Shown here: positions 20,284-31,500 of the stretch, in pieces
Layout: each line of letters opens with the position of its first letter
How positions within the stretch are numbered: the stretch's first letter is position 1
Origin: an uncultured Acidobacteriota bacterium
GTDB taxonomy: Bacteria; Acidobacteriota; JAQAZP01
Direction: 5' to 3'
DNA length: 64,000 nt
NCBI GenBank assembly: GCA_963836075.1
Contig: CAWIIB010000009.1
Location: forward strand, 2,464,001 to 2,528,000
Made by a program: the position numbers and the translations under genes
The notes under the pieces: generated by a model
What the model was told of the DNA's origin: nothing
Database searches by the model: none
The model's input: only the letters and a program-made list of their open reading frames with translations

Positions 20284-21870
20284 TCAATCTTCGGGCCCGT
20301 TCCCGCCAGCCCCGAGCCAGGCCTTGAGCGTGTTCACCGAGACATTCAGTTTTCTGGCGGTGGCCGCGCGGTTGCCGCCCAGCAGGTCAAGGGCCCGCAG
20401 GGCGTAGCGGCGGCGGAACCGTTCCAGCGGTTCGATCTCACTGGCGTCCAGCGGCAGGCCGGGCGTGAGCTCAGGGGTGCCGGCGCCCAGGCGCTGCCGC
20501 TCTTCCTCCACGGCCTGGCCAACCGTCAGCCCGTAGGCCAGGGCCCGCCAGAGCAGTTTTCGGAGCTGGCGCACGTTTCCCGGCCAGCTGTAGCCCTCCA
20601 GCGCCTCCAGGTCCTGCCGGGCCAGTTTCCGTTTTTTCCCGCCTGGCGCGGTGTCCAGCTGTTCCCAGGCCGACCGGGCCAGCCCGGCGATGTCCTCCCG
20701 CCGCTCCCATAGCGGCGGGACCTCCAGGGGCAGCACATCCAGTCGGTGGAAGAGGTCCTCGCGGAAAGCGCCCCGGCCCACCAGCCGGGCCAGGTTGCGG
20801 TTGGTGGCCGCGATCAGCCGCACGTTCACCGTCCGCGGCCTGCCTCCGGCCCCCACCCGTTCCACCTGACCGTCCTCCAGCACCCGCAGCAGCTTGGCCT
20901 GCACCTCCAGTGGCAGTTCGCCGATCTCGTCGAGAAAGAGGATCCCGTTGTCGGCGGTCTCGAAGCGGCCCGGCCGGTCGCTGTCGGCCCCGGTGAAGGC
21001 GCCCCGCACGTGGCCAAAGAGGTCGGCGTTGACCAGTTCGCTGTTGCCGGCATAGAGGGCGCAGTTCACCGGGACAAAGGGGTCGGCGGCCCGGCGGCTC
21101 CCCTCGTGTACCAGGTGGGCCACGTGCTCCTTGCCGGTGCCCGAATCGCCGGTGATCAGCACCGGGGCCTCGGCGGCGGCGGCCAGGCCGACCCGTTTCC
21201 GCAGCCGCCGGATGGCCGGTGACCGGCCTTCCAGCAACCACCTGGTCCCGGTGGACTCCAGAGATTCAACCAGTCGCAGGTCCTCCTCGTCCAGCTGGCC
21301 CGCGGCAAGCTTGTTGATCGCCGCCAGGTAGAGCGAGCGGTCCTCATACTTGAAATAGCGGGTGATCGCCGCCCGGATCAGCCGCAGCCAGTGCTCTTCG
21401 CCCGGCTCCAGGCGGGGGGCCCTGGTGCCGATGTTCGGGTCGTGACGGGCCAAACGCCCCAGAAAGGCCGCCCGCCGCCCGTCCGCCGGGTTGAGGTGCC
21501 GGCGCAGGGCCGCACTGTTGCTGCCCGTCTGGGTCAACCGTGGACGGCAGCAGGCCTCCAGCCACTCCCGGTGCGGGTCGAGGTAGCCCCGGCCGCAATG
21601 CCACTGCACGTCGGCTCCCAGTCCGGCCAGCGATTCGGCGGCCGCGGCCACCCGCTCCCGGTCTCTCCCCACACCCACGCCGCAGATGTGGACCGCCCGC
21701 CAGCGGGTGCCGGCGGCAGCGGTCTCGGTCAGGGTGTCCGCCACCCGGGCCCGGCTGGTGACCTTGAGCATGGCCTGGGGAAACTTGAGCAGTGCCATGG
21801 CTGCGGCGCAGGCGCCGTCGATGCCGAGGTAGGTGATGACGCACACCGGCCCTTTGCTGTTTTTCTTCAT
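20284..21870 (-). CDS. Sigma-54-dependent enhancer-binding protein with degenerate DHH-like N-terminal domain
   Basis: GDSGTGKE, intact [23 protein letters not shown], Fis-type HTH. The N-terminus follows the DHH phosphoesterase layout without its catalytic residues. Confidence 0.9.
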   Translation of the reverse strand: MKKNSKGPVCVITYLGIDGACAAAMALLKFPQAMLKVTSRARVADTLTETAAAGTRWRAVHICGVGVGRDRERVAAAAESLAGLGADVQWHCGRGYLDPHREWLEACCRPRLTQTGSNSAALRRHLNPADGRRAAFLGRLARHDPNIGTRAPRLEPGEEHWLRLIRAAITRYFKYEDRSLYLAAINKLAAGQLDEEDLRLVESLESTGTRWLLEGRSPAIRRLRKRVGLAAAAEAPVLITGDSGTGKEHVAHLVHEGSRRAADPFVPVNCALYAGNSELVNADLFGHVRGAFTGADSDRPGRFETADNGILFLDEIGELPLEVQAKLLRVLEDGQVERVGAGGRPRTVNVRLIAATNRNLARLVGRGAFREDLFHRLDVLPLEVPPLWERREDIAGLARSAWEQLDTAPGGKKRKLARQDLEALEGYSWPGNVRQLRKLLWRALAYGLTVGQAVEEERQRLGAGTPELTPGLPLDASEIEPLERFRRRYALRALDLLGGNRAATARKLNVSVNTLKAWLGAGGNGPED

Positions 21871-21911
21871 CCCTGATCCTCACTGTTGATTGGTTCGTTC
21901 GGCCTGATTCT

Positions 21912-21945
21912 ATCAAAAGATGATCTGTTGATGTCAAATATTGAT
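21912..21945. promoter_or_regulatory. Putative tandem upstream activator sequences
   Basis: ATCAAAAGATGAT (21912-21924) and GTCAAATATTGAT (21933-21945): two TCA-N5-TGA palindromes 21 bp apart, 110-140 bp upstream of the -24 element. Confidence 0.55.
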
Positions 21946-22053
21946 TTACTTCCCCGTAAATGTTGCCGGCCTCCCGGAGGATGCTCTCCGCTGATATCGA
22001 TAAACGTCAATAAAAATATGAGCTTGGAGGGATGTTTGATGATTGTCGATTTC

Positions 22054-22068
22054 TGGCACGGCCCTTGT
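22054..22068 (+). promoter_or_regulatory. Sigma-54 -24/-12 promoter
   Basis: TGGCAC-N5-TTGT (consensus TGGCAC-N5-TTGC), upstream of the pentapeptide gene and divergent from the EBP. Confidence 0.72.
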
Positions 22069-22150
22069 ATTGGATAGGAGACGAGCCACGGAAACGAATA
22101 AACCCCGGGGAGCGTTTCCCCGGGGCCTTCAGTGAAAGGAGATCAAGAGC

Positions 22151-22783
22151 ATGAACAGCCAGCTGGAAATGGACATCTGTCCGGTGACCCCCGAGCAGCT
22201 GAACCGGATCGTCTACCTGCACCAGCAGTGGTTCCTCTCCAGCGGTATGGAAGGCCGGCCCGCCGATCTGTCCCGGGCCGACCTGCGCCGCGCCGCCTTC
22301 GAGAACCAGACCCTGCAGTATGCCGACCTGCGCGGCGCCGACCTGGGCGGGGTCAACCTGCTCTGGGCCGACTTCAGCCACGCCCGTTTCGATTGCGCCG
22401 TGCTGCGCCGCAGCTACCTCGAGGGAGCGAAGCTGGTCCAGGCCGGGTTCTGCTGTGCCGACCTGGCCGACGCCTGCCTCAAGGGCGCCTGTCTTGACGG
22501 GGCCGACCTGCGGGGGGCGGTGCTGCGCGGCGCCGATTGCCGCGAAGCTTCTTTCTGCGAGGCGGATCTCCGCGGGGCCGACCTGCGCGGTGCGCAGCTG
22601 GACAGCGCCTGGTTCTGGAAGAGTGACCTGCGCGGTGCGGACCTGGAGGGGGCCAGGATCGGCGGGGCGATGGTCCTGGAGTCGGACTGTCGCGGTGCCT
22701 CCGGCCTGGACGAGGACGCCATGCGCATGGTGTCCGTGGACCAGCTACCGCTCTTCGACAGCCCGGTCCCCGCAGGCCTCTGA
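22151..22783 (+). CDS. Pentapeptide-repeat protein
   Basis: AAAGGAG RBS, many A(D/C)LRG repeats, N-terminal HQQW..G.PADLS motif. Confidence 0.92.
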   Translation: MNSQLEMDICPVTPEQLNRIVYLHQQWFLSSGMEGRPADLSRADLRRAAFENQTLQYADLRGADLGGVNLLWADFSHARFDCAVLRRSYLEGAKLVQAGFCCADLADACLKGACLDGADLRGAVLRGADCREASFCEADLRGADLRGAQLDSAWFWKSDLRGADLEGARIGGAMVLESDCRGASGLDEDAMRMVSVDQLPLFDSPVPAGL

Positions 22784-24835
22784 TCCCGGTGGGGCCTCAA
22801 CGGCCGTGGCCCGCAGTGTACGGAAGGAGAGCGAGCGGACCCGCCCGCGGAAGGCCTCTTCGTGGTGGGCTTCGTCCACCTGCAGCCGGAAACCGAGCCA
22901 GGCCAGCTCAGCGGACAGGCTCTCCCGGGGCAGGAAGAAGCGGTAGCGCCGGTATTCGCGCCCCACATCGATGGTGGCCAGGCGCTCTCCGTCCCAGTCC
23001 ACCTCCACCCCCAGCGGCCCTTGACCCATGTCGGGCCCCAGGGCCAGCTCCACCATCACCCGGAATCCGGCCCCGGTGCCCGCCGGGGCCTGGTCCGGCG
23101 GGAGCCAGAGAGTCAGCTGGGCCAGCGGGCCCATGCCGAACAGAGCCTTCTCGTGATAGAAGTTCGCCGGGTCGCCGCCCATATTGCGGAGGAAATAGCG
23201 GTTCTCCAGAAGTGTCAGGTCCACCGGCCCCCGTCCGGCCAGGCGGAATCGCTGGAGGATCTGCCGGCGGTCCTCCAGCACCCGGAAGGTGATGGGCCGC
23301 GGCGGAAAGACACCGATCTCCAGCCACTGTTCAAAGTCGGGCCCCAGCACCCGGGGGGTGAAGTAGACCCCCCGCAGAAAGGCCCATGACATCCCCTGGC
23401 TCCTGATGTAGTCGGTGAGCCGGCCTTGCCGCATGGCCTCCAGGGCATCGCCGTTGACCACCCCGTCGAGATTGATCACCCGGCAGGGCAGGGTGTAGCC
23501 GAGATAGCCCGCGTCGCTGACACCGATCACCGCGTCGGGCCCCGCCTTGCGCTCCATGATCCGCCGCAGGGTGAAGAAGATGTCGTCCTTGGTCCGGGTG
23601 CCGGAGCTGACCAGTTTGTGCCAGCGGGTGGCGAAGGGCAGGGCAACGGCAATGACCAGCGCCACCGCGGCGATGACCCGCAGCGGCCGCCGGCGGTCGC
23701 CGCGGGTCAGCTGGAAGAGCAGCAGGGCAAAGACCAGGCCCGCGGTGAGGGCGTAGGGGGCGTAGTACCAGGTGCGGTGGTGCAGCCGGATCACGGTGTG
23801 GAAGAGGATGGTGATCACCAGCCCGGCCAGCAGCCAGCCCGGCACGGCCCGGCCGCCCCGCCGGGCCCAGCTCCGGCCGGCCGGCCGGAGCAGCAGCAGG
23901 GCCAGGGCCAGCAGGGCGATGGCCCAGCCGAATCCGGTGGACCCGCGCATCGACCCCATGGCGCCCCGGAGCTTCTCCAGACGGTCCACCACCAGCAGCG
24001 GGCTGTGGGTGCCGGCGAAATCCATCAGGCTCAGGGTATTGATGAAGGGGATGGCCATCCCGCTGGTCTGCAGCAGCTTGCCGGTATGGGCCCAGCTCCA
24101 GCCCACCCAGCCGGCAACCGCCAGGCCGAAGGGGACCAGGGCGATGGCGAAGCGGCGGATCCTCAGGGAGCGCGGCTGCCCCTGCTGCAGGAGCAGCAGG
24201 GCGGCCAGGCCGGGCAGGACCAGCAGGGCGAAATCTGTGCGGGCCAGGGTGGTCAGCCCGGCCAGCAGGCCCAGGACCAGGGCCCGGCGCGTGCCGCTTC
24301 CCAGATCCTCCGGCCGCCCGGCAGAGCAGAGGAAGAGGGTCAGGGCGAGCAGCGCCAGGGAGGTCTCCAGCCCGTTGATCCAGCTGACATAGAGCGCCGG
24401 GTTGGCCGCCGTGCAGAGGGCCGCCGCCGTCCCGGCCCAGGGGGAACCGGTGGCCCGGGAGACCAGCAGGTGGGCCAGCACGACGGTGCAGGCGCCGAAC
24501 AGGGCCCCTGCCGCCAGAGCGGCCTTGATCCCGCCCAGGGGCCAGAGCAGCAGCAGGGTCATCATCCAGAGCGGGTGAAACCCGTTGGTGGGGGTCAGGC
24601 CGTCAAAGGTCAGACCGAGGCCGGAAGCGGCGTTGCGGGCGATGGTGAAGTAGTAGAAGGAGTCGTCCAGCAGGCTGAAGCCGAACAGCCGGTCGAGGTC
24701 GAAACGGGCCAGCACCATTCCCTGGCTGATCAGCAGGACCGCCGCGGCCAGCAGGGTGAGCAGCAAGGCGGGTTCGATTCCCTGGCGCTTTCCGGTCAAG
24801 GGGACTCCATGCAGTGTTCGGGCCAGCGGGCCCAA
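22745..24835 (-). CDS. Polytopic membrane glycosyltransferase (GT-C/ArnT-like)
   Basis: DDSFYYFTIARN, TNGFHPLW, NGLET, LARTD, many TM helices, DAGYLGY...VINLDGVVN. Confidence 0.75.
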   Translation of the reverse strand: MGPLARTLHGVPLTGKRQGIEPALLLTLLAAAVLLISQGMVLARFDLDRLFGFSLLDDSFYYFTIARNAASGLGLTFDGLTPTNGFHPLWMMTLLLLWPLGGIKAALAAGALFGACTVVLAHLLVSRATGSPWAGTAAALCTAANPALYVSWINGLETSLALLALTLFLCSAGRPEDLGSGTRRALVLGLLAGLTTLARTDFALLVLPGLAALLLLQQGQPRSLRIRRFAIALVPFGLAVAGWVGWSWAHTGKLLQTSGMAIPFINTLSLMDFAGTHSPLLVVDRLEKLRGAMGSMRGSTGFGWAIALLALALLLLRPAGRSWARRGGRAVPGWLLAGLVITILFHTVIRLHHRTWYYAPYALTAGLVFALLLFQLTRGDRRRPLRVIAAVALVIAVALPFATRWHKLVSSGTRTKDDIFFTLRRIMERKAGPDAVIGVSDAGYLGYTLPCRVINLDGVVNGDALEAMRQGRLTDYIRSQGMSWAFLRGVYFTPRVLGPDFEQWLEIGVFPPRPITFRVLEDRRQILQRFRLAGRGPVDLTLLENRYFLRNMGGDPANFYHEKALFGMGPLAQLTLWLPPDQAPAGTGAGFRVMVELALGPDMGQGPLGVEVDWDGERLATIDVGREYRRYRFFLPRESLSAELAWLGFRLQVDEAHHEEAFRGRVRSLSFRTLRATAVEAPPGSEACGDRAVEER

Positions 24836-24950
24836 TGTAGATCAACTGCCGGTCCATTGCAACAGCTGCGGCGGCTGCCTTGCCTGACCCTCGATCTGCG
24901 GTGTACCATGACCTGTTGATCCCACAACGCCTGGCTGCGAGGAGGTGGAG

Positions 24951-25685
24951 ATGCCTGTGGACACGAGACGCGCGGGAGTGGCACTGCTGCTCCTGGCCGT
25001 GATTTCCCTTACCGGTGCTGTTGCCTGCGGGCCGAACCCCGGGGAAGAGGCCCCGGACCAGGCCGTTGTCCCCCCGGCCGCCGCGGATGCGGTGCCCCCC
25101 GGCACGGCCCGTTCGGCGTCCGGCGCCCTTTCCCCGGACGCTGCGCCACCGCCGGCCCCGGCTGAGCAGGCCAGGGTCGAGGGGCTGACCCCGGGCAGCG
25201 ATCTGGCCGCCACCTTCCTCGAGGCCGCCGAGCTGGCCCGCACCGGGCTCTATGACCGGGCCCTGGAACTCTACCAGCAGATCCTCGAGGAGCGGCCCGA
25301 GCATGCCCCCACCCTGATCAACGCCGCGCGGGTTCACTTCATCCGCGGCCGCACCGGCGAGGCCATCCAGATGCTGGAGCAGGCCGACCGGGCCATGCCG
25401 AACAACCCGAGGACCCTGGCCTACCTCGGTATGGCCGAGGCTAAGGCCGGCCTCTACGAGGACGCTCTGGTCCACCTGGAGGGCTCGTCGCTTCTCGATC
25501 CCACACGCATCGACGTGGGCAACGAGCTGGCCGGCGTCTATTTCCAGCTGGAGCGCCACGAGGAGGCCGCCGAGGCCTGGGGCCGAGTGCTGAAGCTTGA
25601 CCCGGGGAACATGATGGCCCGCGCCGGGCTGGAGAGTGTCCGCCAGTTGTCGCAGCCCGCGGACACCGGACAGCCGCAGAGCTGA
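24951..25685 (+). CDS. TPR-repeat lipoprotein
   Basis: Lipobox AVAC, Pro/Ala linker, TPR-like helices. Confidence 0.8.
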   Translation: MPVDTRRAGVALLLLAVISLTGAVACGPNPGEEAPDQAVVPPAAADAVPPGTARSASGALSPDAAPPPAPAEQARVEGLTPGSDLAATFLEAAELARTGLYDRALELYQQILEERPEHAPTLINAARVHFIRGRTGEAIQMLEQADRAMPNNPRTLAYLGMAEAKAGLYEDALVHLEGSSLLDPTRIDVGNELAGVYFQLERHEEAAEAWGRVLKLDPGNMMARAGLESVRQLSQPADTGQPQS

Positions 25686-25718
25686 ACAGCGTCCCAATCC
25701 TGGAGGTCCGGCTGAATC

Positions 25719-27389
25719 GTGACCCAGACGACCAAGGGCAGTGCGGGCGTACCGCCCCGTCAGCAAGCCGCCGCCGGGGGCTCATCCGGCCGGCGGAAGC
25801 TCCTCCGCTCGGCCTCCGGCATGTCGCTGGTCACCATGCTCAGCCGCGTGCTGGGACTGTTCCGTGAGCAGGCCCGGGCCTACTTCCTCGGCACCGGCGC
25901 CGGATCCGACGCCTTCGGCATCGCCTTCATGATCCCCAACCTTTTTCGCCGGCTGGTGGGGGAGGGGGCGATGACCGCGGCCTTTGTGCCGGTGTTCACA
26001 CGGATGATGGAAAAGGAGAATCGCCAGGAGTTATGGGATTTCGCCAACCGCTTCTTCCTTCTGCTCAGCGCCATTCTCACCGCCCTCGCCGTGGCCGGCA
26101 TTCTCGCCTCGGGCCTGCTGGTGCGTCACGTTTTCGCCCGCGGGTTTGTGGAGGATGTGGCAAAAACCGAGCTCACCGTCTCCCTCACCCGCTGGATGTT
26201 CTTCTATCTCTTTTTCATCAGCCTCGCCGCACTGATCCAGGGGATGCTCAACTGCTTCGGCCGCTTCGTGATCCCCGCTTTCACCCCGGTGCTGCTCAAC
26301 CTCACGGTGATCGGCGTCGCCTTTCTGTTCGGCCGCACCATGGACCAGCCGGCCTATGCCTTTGCCATCGGGGTGCTGGTGGGGGGGGTGCTCCAGCTGG
26401 GATTCCAGCTCCCCTTCATCTGGCGTCTCGGTTTCCGATTGCGGCCCACCCTGAAGATTTTTCACAAGGCCAGCCGTGAGGTGCTGGGGCTGATGAGCTA
26501 CGGTCTGTTCGGCATGGGGATCTACCAGATCAACGTGGCGGTCTCCAACGCCGTGGCCTCCTATCTGGGAGAGGGAGCGGTATCGTCGCTGCAGTATTCC
26601 AACCGGCTGATGGAACTGACCCTCGGCGTCTTCATCATCTCCATCTCCACGGTGATCCTGCCCTCCATGGCCCGGCAGCTCTCCGCCGGGCGGCAGGGCG
26701 AGGCGCTGGAAACCCTGGCCTATGCCATCCGCCTGGTGCTCTTCATCTCCCTGCCCGCCTCGGTGGGGATGATCCTGCTGCGCTACCCGGTGATCAAGCT
26801 GCTCTTCACCTTCAGCGACGGCAAATTCGACCTGGTCTCCACCCAGCTCACCGCCCAGGCCGTGCTCTACCACCTGCTGGGCCTGGTGCCGCTGGGGCTG
26901 TCCCGGGTCTGCGTGGGACTGTTCTACGCCGCCAAGGACATGAAGACACCGGTGAAGGCGGCCGCCGGTTCAATGATGGTCAACCTCGTGGCCTGCCTCA
27001 CCCTGCCGGCCTGGTTGGGTCACGGCGGTGTGGCCCTGGCCAACTCCCTCGCCGCCCTGTTCACCGCCGTGCTGTTGATGCTGTTCATCAGGCGCCGGTT
27101 CGGTTCACCTTGCAGCGGCTGGCGGGTGACCGGCGGCGCCCTTCGTGCGCTGGTCTCCGGTCTGCTGATGGGCCTGGTGGTCTGGTGGATGGCGGAAAAG
27201 CTCCTCCGCCTGAACCTGATCGTCTCCAAGCTGCAACTGGGCCTGAGCCTTGGCGGGGTCATCGCCGTCGGGTTGGCGGTCTACTTCCTCTCCGCCTGGG
27301 CCATGGGTGCGGCCGAGCCGAAGGAACTGCTGTCCCTGCTGCGCCGCAAAGGGTCCGCAGCGAAAAATGGTGATCCGGTCAGCCGCTGA
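25719..27389 (+). CDS. murJ: Lipid II flippase MurJ (MviN)
   Basis: TMLSRVLGLFRE, SDAF..AFMIPNLFRRLVGEGAM.AAFVP, FYAAKDMKTPV. Confidence 0.93.
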   Translation: MTQTTKGSAGVPPRQQAAAGGSSGRRKLLRSASGMSLVTMLSRVLGLFREQARAYFLGTGAGSDAFGIAFMIPNLFRRLVGEGAMTAAFVPVFTRMMEKENRQELWDFANRFFLLLSAILTALAVAGILASGLLVRHVFARGFVEDVAKTELTVSLTRWMFFYLFFISLAALIQGMLNCFGRFVIPAFTPVLLNLTVIGVAFLFGRTMDQPAYAFAIGVLVGGVLQLGFQLPFIWRLGFRLRPTLKIFHKASREVLGLMSYGLFGMGIYQINVAVSNAVASYLGEGAVSSLQYSNRLMELTLGVFIISISTVILPSMARQLSAGRQGEALETLAYAIRLVLFISLPASVGMILLRYPVIKLLFTFSDGKFDLVSTQLTAQAVLYHLLGLVPLGLSRVCVGLFYAAKDMKTPVKAAAGSMMVNLVACLTLPAWLGHGGVALANSLAALFTAVLLMLFIRRRFGSPCSGWRVTGGALRALVSGLLMGLVVWWMAEKLLRLNLIVSKLQLGLSLGGVIAVGLAVYFLSAWAMGAAEPKELLSLLRRKGSAAKNGDPVSR

Positions 27390-27576
27390 TCATGCGATAT
27401 CCATCACCGGCAGGCGGGCCGTGCCGGAAAACGACCTGCCGGGACGGGTGCTGTTCACTGTATTGCGAGCCGCCACCATGGCCGATGGTTGACCTCGATG
27501 CCAAATGCTGTAATATTTTCTACAGGGTGATTCATACCGCATCACCATGGTTGCGGCATTTCCCCGGGAGATGAAG

Positions 27577-28491
27577 ATGGCTCCATCGCTCAAAGTCCAG
27601 CGCCAGCTGGCCTTTCTCAAGATTCTTGCCGGCCTGGCCTGGGCCGACGGAGAGCTGTCGGTGAGCGAGGTGAACCGGATCAAGCATTTCCTGCGCCGCT
27701 TCGACATCCCTGACGAGCACTGGGCCGAAGTGGAGATGGTGCTCCTCGAGCGGATGACCATGGAGGAGTGCCTGGCCCAGGTGGAGCTGTTCCTCGGCCT
27801 GACCGCCGGCGCCGGTGAGCGGAGGCAGCTGGCCGAGGCCCTGGAGGAGATGGCCGCCGCCGACGGCACGGTCTGCGGTGCGGAACGGGAGTTCATCGAC
27901 CGGGCCCTGCAGTCGCTCCAGTCCTCCTCCTCCGCCCGGGGGTTTCTCTCCAGCCTCCAGGGCCTGTTGCGCGGCCTCGCCACCCCCGGTGACGCCCGGG
28001 ACGAGCTGGAGCGGGACCTGGCCCTGTTCAGCCGCAACCGCCTGCTCTACCGGGTGCGGCGGCGCCTGGTCCGCCAGAGTGTTCCGTTGGACGAAACAGT
28101 GGACGTTTTCCTGGAAAAGGGATCGTTGATCGGCGGCCTCCTCGGCCTGGTGCTGGAGGAGAGCGGCGACTGGACGCCCGCGGCGGTGGATCGGTTCCGC
28201 GATATCCTGGCCGAAATTTCAAAGGTGCGCGGAGCCTATCTGGAGACCCTGGTTTCGGTGGTGCTGGAGGAGGGGCAGCAGTCCGGCCTCGACCAGTCGC
28301 GGATGACCGTGGAATACCGCCGCCTGAGCAGCAACAGGGCGCGGATCCGGCTGGTGGAGTCGATGTTCCGGCTGGCCGATGCCGGTGGTGTACAGGCAGG
28401 ACACGATCTGGCGGAACGGATCCGGCGGGTGGCCAACGGCCTGGGCGTGTCCCACGACGACTTTGTCCGCGCACGCCTGAAAAAGCACTGA
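27577..28491 (+). CDS. TerB/DjlA-like tandem-domain protein
   Basis: LAWADGELSVSE and MAAADGTV..AE TerB-type motifs, degenerate second repeat (RRVANGLGVS). Start codon uncertain. Confidence 0.7.
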   Translation: MAPSLKVQRQLAFLKILAGLAWADGELSVSEVNRIKHFLRRFDIPDEHWAEVEMVLLERMTMEECLAQVELFLGLTAGAGERRQLAEALEEMAAADGTVCGAEREFIDRALQSLQSSSSARGFLSSLQGLLRGLATPGDARDELERDLALFSRNRLLYRVRRRLVRQSVPLDETVDVFLEKGSLIGGLLGLVLEESGDWTPAAVDRFRDILAEISKVRGAYLETLVSVVLEEGQQSGLDQSRMTVEYRRLSSNRARIRLVESMFRLADAGGVQAGHDLAERIRRVANGLGVSHDDFVRARLKKH

Positions 28492-28541
28492 AAAGGCAGC
28501 CTTTGTCAAAGCGAATTTTGTTCAGGGAGCGGTGCAGCGGG

Positions 28542-31500
28542 ATGGTATATCTCTCCGTGGCGCGGCTCTTCCGCCTGGCGGCCTTCCTCCTGATCTCCGG
28601 CCTGGGTACAGTCGCGACGCCGGGATTGATCCTCTATGACATGGACCAGATCAACGGTGACCTGCGGGTGTTGGGGCCCCACGATGACAGCCACCTGGGC
28701 CGCTCGGTGGCCGGCGGCGACCTCAACGGTGACAACCTGGACGACCTGGTGATCAGTTCCCCGGGATACAGGACCGAATCGGGCCAGGCGGCGCCGGGAG
28801 CGGTCTTTGTGATTTTCGGCACCGCCGCGTTCCCGCCGGAACACGTTATCGACCTCTCCGCGGCAACGGCGGACCTCACCGTCCTGGGCCGGCTCTCTGG
28901 CGACTACCTCGGCATCTGCGTGACCCTGGGCGACCTCAACGGAGACGGCATTGACGACCTGATCGTGGCCGGGGATACCTCGGACGTGGGGGGCATGGTG
29001 GACGCCGGCGCGGTGTATGTTGTTTTCGGTTCGGACGGTTTCCCCGCCAATCACGTGGTGGATCTTTCCGCGGAGAACGCGGACATGGAGATCCTCGGGG
29101 CTTTTCCTTCCGACCACACCGGCTACGCCCTGGAAACCGGTGACGTGAACGGGGACTCGGTGGACGACCTGCTGTTCAGCATCTTCGGTTTCGATCTCCC
29201 CGGGCGCCCCGACTGCGGTGCGGCCGGTGTGCTCTACGGCAGCGCTGCCCACCTGTCCGGCTCTGTTCTCGACCTCTCCCTGGACCAGCCGGACCTGCTG
29301 GTCCTCGGCGCGAACAGCAATGACTGGCTGGGCAGTGCCCTGGCCGCCGGCGACATCGACGGTGACGGCGCTGACGACCTGGTGCTCAGCGCCGTTTTCG
29401 CCGACCCGCTGGGCCGGGACAAGGCCGGCCTGGTGGCGCTGGTGCTCGGCTCCGACAGCTTTTCAGCCCCCGAGATCATCGACCTCGACGTCACCTCACC
29501 GGCGGCCTGGCTGGTGGGCGGGGCAGCCAATGACCGCATCGGTTTCGCCCTGGAGTGCGGCGACATCAACGGTGACACCCTCGACGACATCGTGGTGGGC
29601 GCACACCTCGCCTCGGGCACTGCCGGTGCGGAAGCCGGCAGGTGCAGCGTGGTGTACGGCAACGCTTCAATCCCGCCGGGCACGATCATCGATTTCGCCT
29701 CCCCCACGGCGGGGAACATCAACTTCCGCGGGGGCCACGCCGACGACCGTCTGGGCTATTCCCTGGCCTGCGGCGACATCAACGGCGACGGCATCGACGA
29801 TCTGATGATGGGCGCCGTCGGCCTCGACCCGCCGGGCGGCAAACTGGCGGGGGGTGTCTTCACCGTGTACGGATCCGACGCCTTCGATCCCTACCTGGTC
29901 TGGGATTTCGCGGGCAGCGACCCCGACATTCTGATCTACGGCGACGAGGCCCAGGAACAGGCCGGGGTGAGCGTGGCTGTTGCCCGGATGAACGGTGATG
30001 GCCTGGACGACTGCCTGGTGGGGGCATTGCAGCACAGCAGCGGCACCGGCGGGGATTATTGCGGTGCGCTGTACTGCATCTACGGCTGCGTGGAAGCTGC
30101 GGCCCCCTCGGACCCCCACCCGGCCTCCGGCGAGGTGGACGAGCCGCTGGAAGTGACCCTCACCTGGAGTGCCGGCCCGGAAGCCGACACCTTCGACCTC
30201 TTTTTCGGCACGGTGGACCCGCCGCCGCCCTACCAGGCCGGGCTCAGCGACCCCTTCTTCGACCTGCCGCCGCTGGTCTCCGGCCAGCATTACTACTGGC
30301 GGGTGGAGGCGATCAACGAGTGCAGCCGGACCTCCTCGGGCGTCTGGGACTTCAGCACCTGCATCGTGCCGGCGGTGCCCGGGTCTCCCGACCCGGCCAA
30401 CGGCGCCGGGGGAACGGCCCTCACCGTGACGCTGGACTGGAGTGACACGGTGGGTGCCGTCAGTTACAACCTCTATTTCGGTGACAGTTCGCCGCCGGGC
30501 TTCCATGCCGGCGGGCTCACCCACAGCGAGTACGACCTGCCGGATCTGGACGAGGGCACCCAATACCACTGGCGGGTGGAGGCGCTGAACGGCTGCGGCG
30601 CCACCCTCGCAGCGGAGTGGGACTTCACCACCTGTGTCACACCCGGCCCGCCGACGCTGGTCTACCCGCCGCACGGCGCCGTGGACCTGCCGACGGCGAT
30701 CACCCTGGACTGGAGCACCGTGCCGGAGGCCGACAGCTACACGGTCTACTTCGGTGACAGCTCGCCGCCGCCGCTCTACCAGTCGGAGATGACCGAGACC
30801 TACCTCGCGGTGGACGGCCTCAGCGACGGGATCACCTACTACTGGCAGGTGGCAGCAGTGAACAACTGCGGCGCCGCGGCATCGGCGGTTCGCAGCTTCG
30901 TCACCATCTGGACGCCGGTGCAGTTTCTGGCCACCGGACCGGGGCCCGACGAGGGCAACCCGCCGCTGGTGCGTATCTTCGACCCCCAAGAGCTCCCGCT
31001 GGCGGTGGCCGAGTGGAACGCTTACGGGGTGGAGAAATACGGGGTCAACGTGGCCGCCGGTGACCTGGGCTGGGACCGTCTCGACGAACTGGTCACCGGC
31101 GCCGGGCCGGGTGAGCTGTTCGGGCCCCATGTCCGTGCCTGGTACCCCGACGGCAGCCCGGTCCCCGAGGTGAGCTTCATGGCCTACGGAACGCTGAAAT
31201 ACGGGGTGAACGTGGCCTGCGGCGATTTCGACGGCGACCAGCTGGACGAGATCGTCACCGGTGCGGGCCCTGGAGCGGTATTCGGCCCCCATGTCCGAGG
31301 CTGGAACGTGGACGGCGCAACCGCCACCAGCGTGTCCGATGTCAGCTATTTCGCCTACGGGACGCCGAAATACGGGGTGAACGTGGCCTGCGGTGACATC
31401 GATGGTGATGGATTTGCCGAGATCGTCACCGGCGCGGGCCCCGGCGCGGTGTTCGGCCCCCACGTCCGCGGCTGGAACGTGGACGGCGGCAGTGCGGCGG

